Made by a program: the position numbers and the translations under genes
Assembly: GCA_964493515.1 (NCBI GenBank)
Contig: CAZBNJ010000001.1
Coordinates: forward strand, 10,866-74,865
DNA: 64,000 bases
Direction: 5' to 3'
Source: an uncultured Oscillospiraceae bacterium
Lineage (GTDB): Bacteria > Bacillota > Clostridia > Oscillospirales > JAAYOS01
Part shown: piece after piece, positions 51,601-63,600 of the stretch
Numbering within the stretch: position 1 is the first letter of the stretch
How the letters are laid out: each line of letters opens with the position of its first letter
Notes under the pieces: model-generated
What the model saw: the letters and a program-made list of their open reading frames with translations, nothing else
Told to the model about the DNA's origin: nothing
Databases searched by the model: none

Positions 51601-54600
51601 GATGCTCGAAGTCGCTGCCGATGATGTTGGTTATATCCATCTCGACCGGCTTTATCTTTGCCTCCATCGAGTTGCCGACGCCGAGCTGTCCGTTGCGGTT
51701 CGCGCCCCAGACCCAAACTCTGCCGTTCGAGTCGAGCACGACGGTGAAGTTGTAGCCGACGGCTATCTTAACGCCGGTTATCTCCGCCATCGAGACCGGC
51801 TTGCCGCTGAGATCGGTGCCGTTTATCATCGAGCCGGGGCCGATGACCTGACGCGGCGAGGTGCTCGACGGGAAGTCGGCGTAGGCCGAGCCGATGCCGA
51901 GACGTCCGTCCGCGTTCGAGCCGAAGGTCCAGACCGTGCCGTTGTCGCGCAGCACGACGCTGAAGTCGTTGCCGCCCGCGACCTGCGGATAGACGACGCT
52001 CGGTTCGCTCTTCTCGTCGCTCTTGTTCTTGGGCAGCGGCATGACGTTCACCTTGACAAACGCGCTGAACGTCTGACCGTCCGGTGCGGTGTACTCGGCG
52101 ACGACATAGGTCACGCCGAAGCCGCGGGCGGTGATGAGTCCGAATCTGTCCATATTGGTCGGGTCGTTTCCGACCGTCGCGACCGACGTATCGAGCGAAC
52201 GGAAGGTTATCCTGCCGCTCTCTATCTCGTCGAGGGTCACGTCGTGCACGACATTGCGCTGAATGACGTTGAAGCCGTTGGTCGTGCGGGTTCCGAAGAA
52301 GTACGGATCGAGCCTCAGCTCTCCGCCGACGTACAGCGAATTCTCATACTGCGTATTCACCGAAGTCGCGCGGTCGTACCAGCCGTCTCGGATCACGCTG
52401 TCGTCATAGCCGGTCGCGCCGGTCAGCGGGTCGGTGGTCTTGGTGTATGCCGCGTCGTACCAGTTCGGGATGTAGTGCATGAACAGCGTGCGCTGGGTCT
52501 TGTCCACGCCGACACGCACCGCGCTCTCGACCGCGCTCTGCGACACTCCCAGTTCGACCGAGCCGAGCGCGCCGTAGTTGTTCGTGCCCCAAGCCCAGAC
52601 CGAGCCGTCGTCGCGCACCGCGAGCGCGTGTCCGTTGCCCGCCGCGACCGCTATCATGTCGCCGGTCTCCGTTCCCTCCGCGACCTTTGCCACGACGGTG
52701 GCGAGCGCCGCGGTGTTGTTGCTGCGTGTGGCGGTATCGCCAAGTCCGAGCTGTCCGCGGTTGTTCGCGATGTTATTGAGCGCGACGGTATAGACGTTGC
52801 CGCTCGTTGCGAGCACCGTCATAAATCCGTTGCCGAGGTCTATCGCCTTCGCCGCCTCGGGTATCTGATTCGCGCCGTTTCCGCTGACGCGGATCGGGGT
52901 CGCCGAGCCGCCGCCCCAGACCCAGACCGTACCGTCGCGGCGCAGCGCGGCGGTGTAGTTGCTCTCCGCGGTTATCGCCACAACGTCGTCTATCGCAACG
53001 CGCACCGGCACCATCTTGAAGGTGGCGTTGGTGTGAGTGTTCAGGTTTATCTCGCGTATCACGTTGCCGGTGTCGCGAGTATTGCCGAGCTGTCCGTAGG
53101 TGTTGTCGCCCCACGCGTAGACGTTGCCGTACTGGTCGAGCACCACCATGTGGTTCGTGCCCGCAGCAGCCGCGACGATGTTGGTGAGGAAGACCTCCGC
53201 CTTGGCGTAGCCCTCGGTGATGCTCACGTCCTTCGAGATGTACGGCGTGGTGGTGGTGTTTTCAACTATCGTGCGGTCGAAGTGGCCGAATATCTCATCG
53301 TCCCAGGTGTTGGTCAGCGACGGATTCTCCACGCCGCGCAGCACCATAGCGGGCGTCGCCTGGGCGTTGCGCATTATCTCCGCGTCGAAGCCCATGAAGT
53401 CCGGGTTCTCAAGCGAAGTGCGGTTGCGGCCGAGCACGCCGTAGTTGTTAAGACCCCAAGTCCAGACATATCCGTCCGCGTCCACCGCGACCGAGGCGTT
53501 GCCGCCCGCCGCGATGTCCACTATCCAGGCGGTGGTGTCGAAGTTCACGGTAAGCGGGGTCGCGCTGCGATCCGGCGACTGACGGCCGAGCAGGTACAGC
53601 GAGGAGTTGAGGCCCCACGCGTAGACCACGCCGGTGTCGCTCAGCGCGAGCATATGCTTCGCACCGACCGAGACCTTGACGATGTTCTTCAGATAGCCGC
53701 CGGTCGCGGTCGAACCGCTGAAGTCGACGACCTGGACGGGCGCCTGCATGTAGTCGGTCGCGCCCTCGGCGTTGAAGTAGCCAGCGCCGAGTATGCCGTC
53801 GGCGTTGTTGCCCCACGTCCAGACCGAGCCGTCGCTGAGCACCGCCGCGTTGGTGTAGCCGTTGGAGGCGACCATCGGCGTGTAGCGCACCGAGGTGTCG
53901 TTGTAGTAGCTGTCGTGCGTGTTGAGAACGACGCTGCCGTCGGCGTCCTTCTGGGCCTTTGCGTATTCGTCGGTGGTCAGGAACTTCTCTATCTGTCCCT
54001 CGTCGTCGAGGTGGCGATACTCTATCTCCACATCGCGCGAGTAGTTGATGAAGCGGTCGGAGACGGTGACCGTGCCGACGTTATAGCGCTCGGTCGGGTC
54101 GGCGAGCACGATGTAGTCGTTCGTCGCGGTCAGGAAGGACGAGCTGTCGTACACGTTCTTCATTGTCGACGAGCTTATCTCAAGGTCGTCGGCGCGGCGA
54201 GCCGCCTGCGAACGGGTGCGCAGCAGGTTCATGTAGAAGAAGTCCATCGTGTAGACGGCGTCCTTCTTTATCACAAACGCCTGGTTGTCGCCGAGGACTA
54301 TCTTGTCCGGCAGCGGATTCTCGCCGTCGAACACCACGCCGCCCTTGACGACGGTGTTCATGTCGGGTATGCGCGATATTGCCGAGAAGAGGGTCATCTC
54401 GCCTACGACATTGTTGTCCTCCGAAGGCGTGACCACACCGTACAGCTCGTCGAGCTGCTCGTCGCTGAGCGGGCGCTCGCCGGTCAGATAGGTCGCGAGG
54501 TTGTCGAATCCGTGGCGCGCGAGTATCTCCGCCGCCGCGAACGGATCGTTCTTGGCAAGCTCCGCCATGTTGTCGGTCAGCGTGATTATCGCGGCGTAGG

Positions 54601-57600
54601 CAAGCTCCATCTCGCTGTTCGCGCCGGAAGCTATCGGCAGCAGCGAGCGATAGAGCACACCGTCGTCCTCGTTCGGTACGCGTCCGTCGGAGGACACGCT
54701 CTTTTCGCCCTCGACGCCGAACTCGCGTCCCCACGAGTAGCTTGCGCCCTCGCCGAGCTGGTAGCGGTCGTTGAGACCCCACGCGTACAGCGCGCCCTCG
54801 TCATCCATGACTATCGAGAAGCTGCCGCCTGCCGCGAGCGTCGGACGCTCCGCGTCGTAGGCGTATCTGCCGCTGCCTATGGTATATCCGGTGTTGCGGT
54901 TGGTGGTGTTCTCCGCGTAGTTCATCGTGTAGACCGGGTCGAGCGCGCTTATCTCGGTCGGCACCGCGCGGTTGCGCAGGTCGCCCTGACCGAGCTGTCC
55001 GTTCGCGTTGGTGCCCCAGGCGTAGACCCTGCCCGAAGCGGTGGCCGCGAGATAGTGACCGTCGCCCGCCGCTATCGCTATGACCGGATCGACATTGCCC
55101 ATCGCGTCCGCGTTGCCGAGCACACGTCCGGTGTCGTCGGCAAGCGGGCTTGTCGAGTTGTAGTTGTAGACCCTGCCGCCCGCGAGGTATATCGCGCCGC
55201 TCGAGCCGGCGGCTATCGCCTCAACACCGCTTATCGACGCGGTGAGCGTCTTTGTCGGCGCCTGATACACATAGCCGTGAGTGCAGCTTCTGTATAGCGG
55301 ATTTGCGTTCGTGTCGATGAGATACACGCCGCTCGCGGTCGAGTAGTAGAGCTGCTTCGAGCCGCCGAAGTCAGCCGCCGTCACGCCGGTCACGCCCATG
55401 TACGAGCCGTCGATGACGCCGACCTCGCCCCACGCGTAGAGCACGCCGTTCGAGGTGATAACGCCGGTGGAGTTGCCGCCCGCGAACACCTTCGCCACGC
55501 TCGATATCGTGAAGCTGCGGGTCGTAGTGTAGTGCGAATAGCCGGAGTCGTAGTGATAATCCCAGTAGAGGGTCGTGTCCATGCGCACGGCGTAGCCCGC
55601 GCTGGTGGTGTTGTGCGCCGAGTCGATGGCTCCGTTCGACGCGCCGAGGCGTCCTATCGGGTACTTGGTGTTGTAGCTCGAGGTCAGGTTCGCCATCGCA
55701 TACGCGGTGTTGCTGCCCCATGTGTAGACCGCGCCGGCCGAGTCGAGCGCTATGGCGTGGCTTGCTCCGGCTGCGATCATCACGACGTTGCGCAGATCGT
55801 CCGCGTCGCGGTTCGAGTCGGTGCGCATCACCTGCATCGGCGCTGCGATGTATCCGCCGATCGAGCCGATGCCGAGCTGTCCCTTGGTGTTGTCGCCCCA
55901 CGCCCAGACGGTGCCGTCCGCACGCAGCGCAAGCGTGAACTTGTCACCCGCGACTATCATCGGGCTGACCTTGGTGTACTCCTTGTTCGGCTCATAGACC
56001 TGAGTCGGGGTTATCGTCACCAGGAAGGACTCGGTAAGTCCGCTGGTGCGGTCGGTCACGGTGATTATCGCGCTGCCCTCGCTGCCCTTGGTCGGAAGCA
56101 GGCGGAACTTGGGCGCAGTCTTTACGCCGTTCTCGTTATACTCGCTCTCCTCGCGCACGGTCACGACCGCGCTCGACGAGCTGACTTCGATGTCTCCGGC
56201 GCTGCTCATGGCGTCGAACACGTTGATATAGCCCTCGTTCGAGAGCGCGAACGCGCTGAGCAGCAGGTACTCCTCGTCGGTTATCGTGACGCCGTTCTTC
56301 CAGTCGGCGACGTTTGCGATCGACTCGCTGCCCGCGCCGCTCATGCCGCTCTGGACGGTCATGCTCAGGCGCGCGGCCTCATTGGTGCCGGTAGTCACTG
56401 CCACGAGCGTGCTCGACGAGCCGAGCGTGTTCGTGCTCACGCCGAGCTGTCCGCGGTCGTTGCGTCCGGCGGTGAGCACCAGACCGTCGTTGCGTATCAT
56501 TGTCGACGACTCCGCGCCGACCGAGATGTAGCGTATATCCTCGAGATAGGTGTCGCCCGCCGGAATTGCGCCGCCGTTCTTTATCAGCTGATCGAGCGTA
56601 TAGCCCGGCTCGACCTCCGTCATCGTCGCGTAGAGCTTGTCGCCGTTCGAGCCGTCGCCCATCTGACCGTAGGCGTTAGCGCCCCAGCTGTACACCTCGC
56701 CGTTCGACGCGAACGCGAACGCGGTGTCGCCGCCCGCCGACAGTCCGACGATGCCGGTGATGTAGCTCTTCTCCGCGTCGGTGTTAGGTGTGGTGACGAC
56801 GCGCATCGGGTGATCGCTGTAACGTATCGTGTTCGAGGCGGTGTCGGCGGTGCCGTAGTCGGAGACCATCTCGGTGCCGATGCCCAGCTCGCCGTGCTCG
56901 TTGGTGCCGAAGGTGTAGACATAGCCGTCGTCGGTCAGTATCATCGAGAAGCGGTCGCCGGCGGCTATCGCTACGACAACGTGGTCGTGGCTGAACGGAT
57001 AGTGCGTCGTAGTCTCAAGGTTTGCGGCGGTCGCGTCGAGCACCTCGCTGCCATTTGCGCGGTAGAGGGTGCTGTTCAGCAGCTCGCGCGGCTGCACGCT
57101 GTTCGAGGTGCCGCCCAGGCCGAGCTGGCCGTAGTCATTGCCGCCCCATGTGTAGACCGCTCCGCCGCCGGTCAGAGCCATCGCGTGGTTCGAGCCTGCG
57201 GCTATCGCAACGATACCGTCCATGCGGTACTGCGTGTGGTTGAACGCGGTGTTGCCGACGTTTTCGGTGTTAGCCATCGACGTGCCGAAGCTGTAAACTC
57301 CCGCCGGGGACGCGGAATACGTCGATCCCGAATCGCGTCCGAGCTGGTAGAACTCGTTGCGGCCCCAGCTCCAGACCTGTCCCTGGTCGTCGAGCGCCAG
57401 CGAGAAGTGGTCACCCGCTGCAAGCGCGGTCACCTTTGCGGGACGTCCGGTCACGGCGGTGCGCGGCAGACTGTTTGCCTTTGCGGGCGTGGTGACATAG
57501 GTGCTCGTCGTGCCGTTGCCCACCTGGCCGTAGGTGTTCGCGCCCCAGCCCCAGACAGCGCCGGTCGAGTCGGCGGCAAGCGCGTGATAAGCGCCCGCGG

Positions 57601-60600
57601 CTATCGCGACGATCTTGACACCCTCGCCGAAGTTGACCGCCACGGCGTTGTCGTCGTAGCTCTTGCCCGCAGTCACGCGGCCGAGCTGACCCATGTCGTT
57701 GCGGCCCCATGTGTAGACGGTGCCGTCGGCGGTCAGCGCCATGCCGAATCCGTTTCCGGTCGCGACATTCGGGACTATCGAGGTATTGATGTAGTAGCCG
57801 GTCTGAGCGGTCGCGGTCGTCTCGACGTCGGTGACGCTGCCGTCCTCGCCTTCGACCTGCTCGATGACCGTGGTCGAGGTGGTCACCGCCTCGTTTGCGA
57901 CCTTGCCGTTGCCGTTGACGACGATGCGCACCAGTCCTATCTCGACGCTGTGCTCGTCCGGATGGAGGTCGCTCGACTCGTCGTAGATTATCATGGTCAC
58001 GCTGCCGGTCGCGGTAGCGTTCGCGTGTATCATCGGATGTCCGTTCGCGTCCGCGCCGACCCAGTCGATTATCTCGGTGTCGCCGCTCTGGATGACGAAG
58101 CGGAACTTCTCGCCGAGGTCGCTCTCCTCGGTGGTAGCCTCATATCCGGTCTTGGTGCGGTACCAGATAAGGTTCGGATACTCTGCGGCGCCGCGGATGA
58201 GCATATCGAGGCGCAGCAAGTCGCCCGACTTGATAACTATCGTCGGATTCTCGTTCTTTATTACATACTTGGTCTCGCTGCCCGCGGTCATCAAGTAGCC
58301 GTCAAACCTTGTTTCGGTGCTCGACGGATCCTCCTCGGTCTCGCCCGGGATCTCGACGGTGCTCTGCATGACCGTCGCGCCGCCCACCGCGTAGGCTATC
58401 GGCAGCACGCCGTCCAGCTGGCCGACCACACGGACGAGCGACGGCTCGCCGTTGCGCAGATCCTTGTCGCCCAGGCCCGAGCGCGAGTCGCTGTCGGACA
58501 GGCTGTATATCGAGCCGTCCAGCGTCACGACGGTGGTCAGACCCGCGTTCGACGCGACGGTGTAGACCTCGCTGAGCGGCGAAGTCGCGGTATCGTTCTC
58601 GTCGGAGGTCGCCATGTACGCCTCGCCCGCCGCGAGATAGATGTTCTCGCCGCTCGGGACGGCGTTGGTAGTGACCCAGATAACCGCCATGTTGTTGGTG
58701 GTGGTGAACGCCACGTCGTTTCCGCGCAGGCTGATGTTGCGTATGCGCAGGTATGCCGCCTCGCTGTCGCCGTTCTTCACAACGGTGCGGTCGGAGGTGA
58801 CGCTGCTTCCCTTGACGAAGTTCGCGCCCGCGTCATAGCTTCCGGTCGGCACGCTCGCCGAGAGGATGCGCGCGGCGTAGACATGGTTCTCGCCCGCGTA
58901 CAAACCCCACGCCCAGACGGTGCCGTCGCGGTCGAGCGCCATCGAGTAGTTATTTCCTGCGTGGACCGACACGATGTTGCGCAGCGGCGTGTTCGAGGCG
59001 GTGAGTACCTGCCTCATGTAGTGACCGCTGTCGGCGGTACCGCCGTTGCCAAGCTGTCCGCCGCCGTTCGTGCCCGCGGCCCAGACGGTGCCGTCCTGCT
59101 TGAGGTAGAGCGCGTGACCCGTGCCCGCAGACACGTCCACGACATCCTCTATCTTCAGGCGCTGAGCGTAATCCCAGTCGTAATCGCCGCTCTTGCCGCG
59201 TCCCATCGGGGTGCTGCCCGCGTTCGATGTGTTCGGATAGTAGCCGAACACCGCGCCGTCCTGCATCAGCATCAGCAGGAAGTCGTTGGTGGCGGCTATC
59301 TTGACGACCTTGTTGGTGTAGCCGTACTTGTAGGTCGAGGTGGTCGGATAGGCGGTCGACGCGGTCGAGTTCTCGTAGGTGCCGAACGCGCGGTTCGCGG
59401 TCGCGGCGGCGGCGAGTCCGACGTTGGTCGTGCCTATCGCGTGGTAGGTGTCGAACGAACCGTCGACGCGGAACTCGTTGCCCGCGTGCGGGTCGCCGTA
59501 GGATACTCTGATAACGTCCTCATACGCATAGTCGTCGTTTGTGCCGTAGGCATTGTAGTAGTTGTACACATTTCCGTTCTTCAGATAGAACAGATAGCTG
59601 CCCATCGCGACAAGCTGCTCGACATCCTTGAGATAGCCGCCGGATGCGGTCGCGCGGGTCGGCAGATACGAAGCTCCGTGGTCTCCGCGGCTCGCGCTCG
59701 AGCCCCAGGTCCAGACCGAGCCGTCGTTCATCAGCGCATAGACCCTGTTGCCGCCTATCGTGAGCACGGTGGTGAGCGCGACCTGCTTGACGCTGTTTAT
59801 CGCGCTGCCGTCGTCCGCCGGAACGCCGGTAGCCTCGTTTATCGACTTGTACGCGAGCATGTAGCGAGTGCCGGTGTAGCTGACCTCGGCGGTGGTGTAG
59901 AACACGCTGCCGTCCGCGTTTTCGACCTTGCGCAGCTCGCCCTTGTCGTCCTGCTTGTAGTAGTATCCGGTAAGTCCGTCAAACTGCTCGCTGAGACCGA
60001 CGGTGTAGCCGCCGTCCGCGCGGTTGCCGGTCGCGCCGAGGGTGGTGTAGAAGAACTCAACGCGGATGCGCGCGGTCTGTCCGGTGGCGGTGTCCTCCAC
60101 CTGGATGTAGGCGAACATACCCGGCTGGATCTCCTCCGCGTGCAGCGTCGCAAGACCGACCGTCGCGTCCGCAAACGAGATGAGACGCGGGTTGGTCGAG
60201 CTGAAGCGCAGACGCTTGCGCTTGTCCTCGGTCTCGCCGAAGCCAACGGTGTACCAGACGTTCGACGCGATGGCGTTGAAGGTGTCAACGTGCTCGCTTA
60301 CGATGTTCTGCTCGGTTATCATGACCGCCTGCTGCTGGTCGACGTACAGCTTGAGCGTCATCGGGTCGTGCAGCGTGTACACCGACCTGAAGTCGCCGTC
60401 GATGTAGCCGACATCCACACGCTGCATGGTCAGCGCGTCGTAGTTCGACTGCGAATGACGCACCTGCGTCGCGGCGGTGATGGCGGCGGTGGTACCGCTC
60501 TCGCTCTCGTTGCCGAACACGCCCGCCGACGAGTTCAGACCGAAGCTCCAGACGGTGCCGTCGCCCGCGATGAGCGATCCGCTCTGAGCGGTCAGCGCTA

Positions 60601-63600
60601 TCGCGAATATCTGCTTTGTGCCGAGGTCGGCGTCGTTTCCGATATACTCGCGCGCGCCGGTCGCCTCATAGCTGTCAAAGCGCACGTTGCGTATGCCGTA
60701 GACAGGCGCGGTGGACGCGACGGCGCTTGCGCCGGTCCTGTCCTCGCCCCACTGCATCGCGTATCCGTCGCGGGTGAGCGCCGCGCTCTGGTCGTAGGAG
60801 GTCGCTATCGCGACGATGCGGTCGTCCTTGCGGGCGTCGGTCGCCATGAAGCTCATCGTCGAGTTCGCGCGTATCGGCGAGTAGCTGTATCCGGTGCCCG
60901 CGGTCGAGCCGGTCCTGGTCGTGGCGGTTATCTGATAGGAAGCGTTCGAACCCATGCCGTAGACGGTCGGCGTGCGGTCGGTGGAGATATAGGTGCGTGC
61001 GCCGCCGTCCAGCTTGTACAGCGCGCCGCTGAACGCGTTGTACTCCGCCTCGCTTGCGAAGGTCACGACCTGGAAGCCCATGACCTCCGAGCGCACGGCG
61101 TAGGTCGCGGCGGCGTCGTACGCGGCGCCCTTCGCGACATACGAGTAGGTCGGGTAGGTCATGTCCACGGTCGCGTCGTCCGCGCTCTTCTCGGTGATGT
61201 TCGACACCGCGGCAAACGACGAATCGTGCGCGTCGATAAGACCGGACACCGCTCCGCGGCCGGTCAGATTCTCGCTGTAAGTGTGCGTGCCGTCCGCCGC
61301 CGAGGTGAATATCATGTGCGGCTCGGAGGAGACGTTGGACACAGCCACGTCTATCGTGTACTGGAGGTAGTTCGAGCGATAGCTGTTCGACTCGCCCGCG
61401 CGTATCGGCATCGGCACGCGCTGATAGCCCTCGCCGTGCGGCGGGATGTAGCTTCCGCCGATAAGCGAATAGTTCGTGCCCGAATACGAGCCGACGGTGT
61501 ACAGCTCGCCGTTCGCCATCTGGATTATCGTGTAGCCCTCGCCCGCGTAAGCAGCCGAAGCCATGGTTATGAATCCTATCGTGTCGGCGGCGGTGGACGG
61601 GTTGTAGCTGTCAAAGTTCACCGAGCTCCAGTTGACGAATCCGCCGCGACGCATCGCTCCCGCAGCGCTGAAGGTATTGTAGTTGTTGGTGTGAGTCCAA
61701 TACTGAGTGGTCTCTATCTGGCTCTTGGTGTTGTCGCCGGTGCCCCAGACCGTGCCGTCGCTCATGACGATTACGGTGTGGTTGGTGCTGCTGGACAGCG
61801 TCGAGAGCTTGCCGTGACCGCTCGGCAGAGCGACCGCGTACGGATAGACCGCGTTGCTGTAGCTGCCAATGCCCAGCTGTCCGCTGGTGTTGAGACCCCA
61901 CGCGTAGAGGTTGCCCTTGGAGTCGACCGCGAAGCTCGAGTTCGCGCCGGCGTAGATGTCCACAATATCGACGAGATAGCCGTTTGCGGAGGTGTTGCGC
62001 ACCTGCTGCGGCGTGTACTCGGCTGTCGTGCTGTTGTCGCCGAGCTGACCGTAGCCGTTGTAGCCCCAAGCCCAGACCGTGCCGTCCGCCTTGAGCATCA
62101 GGACATGGTTCTCGCCCGCGACGATCTTCGGGCTTGCGACCTTGTAGTTCGGATCCTCGGTTATGTCGTACTGCGGACGCACCTCAACGCGGAATATGCG
62201 CGCAAGTCCGCTCACCTTGTGGCGAATGAGCACCGTGACCTCACCGAACGTGTTCGGCACGGTCTCGAACTCGAAGTAGTCGTCGCCGTCCGCGGCCTTG
62301 ACGCGGCTGACGCGCAGTATGCTCTCGTCCGACGAGATAACGTCGAAGTCGGTAAGCTCAAGCAGTCCGTTCGCGTCGTAGCCGATGTCGTGCTCGGCGT
62401 CCGCGCTCGATGTGAAGTACTTGGTGTCATAGGGCTGGCGTCCGTTCATGCCACGCTCCTGATAGCCGTCAAAGCGCGTGGTGACAGTGCCCCAGCCGTA
62501 GCCGCCGTCCGAACCGGTCTTGAGATAGAGGTTCGTGCCCGCGGTGGTGTAGCTGCGGATCATCGGGACGTGCTCGGTCGTGGTCGTGACGGTGGTCTCG
62601 ACCTCCTCGCCGTCCTCGTTTGTTGTCTTAGTGGTGGTGGAAGTGCTTATCGGCGCGGTGATGTATACGCGCACGCTGTCGCGCTCCACGATGCGTATCG
62701 TCTGCGAACCGATGGTCGCGCGCTCGAGGCTGCGTCCGTCGGCGCTGTCCATGCTCGCCAGTCCGGTGTCCATCGCTATCGTCTTTTCCGCGACGGTGTT
62801 CGGGTCGGAGGAGACGTCGACGTGGGTTATCTTGCCAAGCCACAGCGTCGTGTCGTCCTTCATGCCGACGAGCACCGGCTCGGTCACGTCGGTGGTGCGA
62901 TAGTCACCTATCGCGCCGGTCAGGTTTGATGCGAAGGCGCAGCTGGTGGTCGTGTTGTCGGTGCCGGTGGCGTACATCAAGCCGTCCGCGCGATATACCA
63001 CCGTGCGTCGAGTACCGACAGTAATATCCACGGCATCAGTAAACGCATCGTAATTGCCAACCCTGTCTGTCTCGCCGTGGTCGTTTATCGTCTCGCCCGC
63101 GCGCATCAACGTCGGCAGGTTCGAGCTCGTGGTCGTGCCGTTGCCGAACTGACCGTTCGAGTTGTCGCCCCACAGCCAGACGTGGCCCGCGTGATCGCTT
63201 GCCGCCGAGGTATATCCGCCGGCGTAGACACGCGTGAAGTAGTAGTCGCCGTTTCCGACCTTCACCGGCGTTGTGGAGTAGTTCGCGGTCGTGCCGGCGC
63301 CGAGCTGACCGTTGCGGTTCGAGCCCCACGCCCACGCCGTGCCGTACGAATCGAGCGCGACGATGTGGTCCTTGCCCGCGGCGATGTCCACGATGTCGGT
63401 GAGGAACAGTCCGCCGCTCACCTGCTCGCCCGCGAGCACCTGCACCGGGTACGGACGGTTGATGTTCGTGCCGTCGCCTATAACTCCGGTGAAGTAGTTC
63501 GTGGTGTAGCTTCTGCTGCCATACGAGTACACGCTCCACGACGAGTAGTATATCTTCTGGTAAACGGTGGAGTTGTAATCGGTGTTCATACCCCATGTGT

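Noticed and set aside
221-62929. Other large plus-strand ORFs: 221-3793, 38231-41806, 42290-46105, 46316-47002, 47081-50260, 51560-55297, 55532-62929
   Set aside because: All are in the same phase (start = 2 mod 3) as the 11,160-aa ORF and are further pieces of the same antisense shadow. Their boundaries coincide with single sense TCA or CTA codons, not with gene boundaries.
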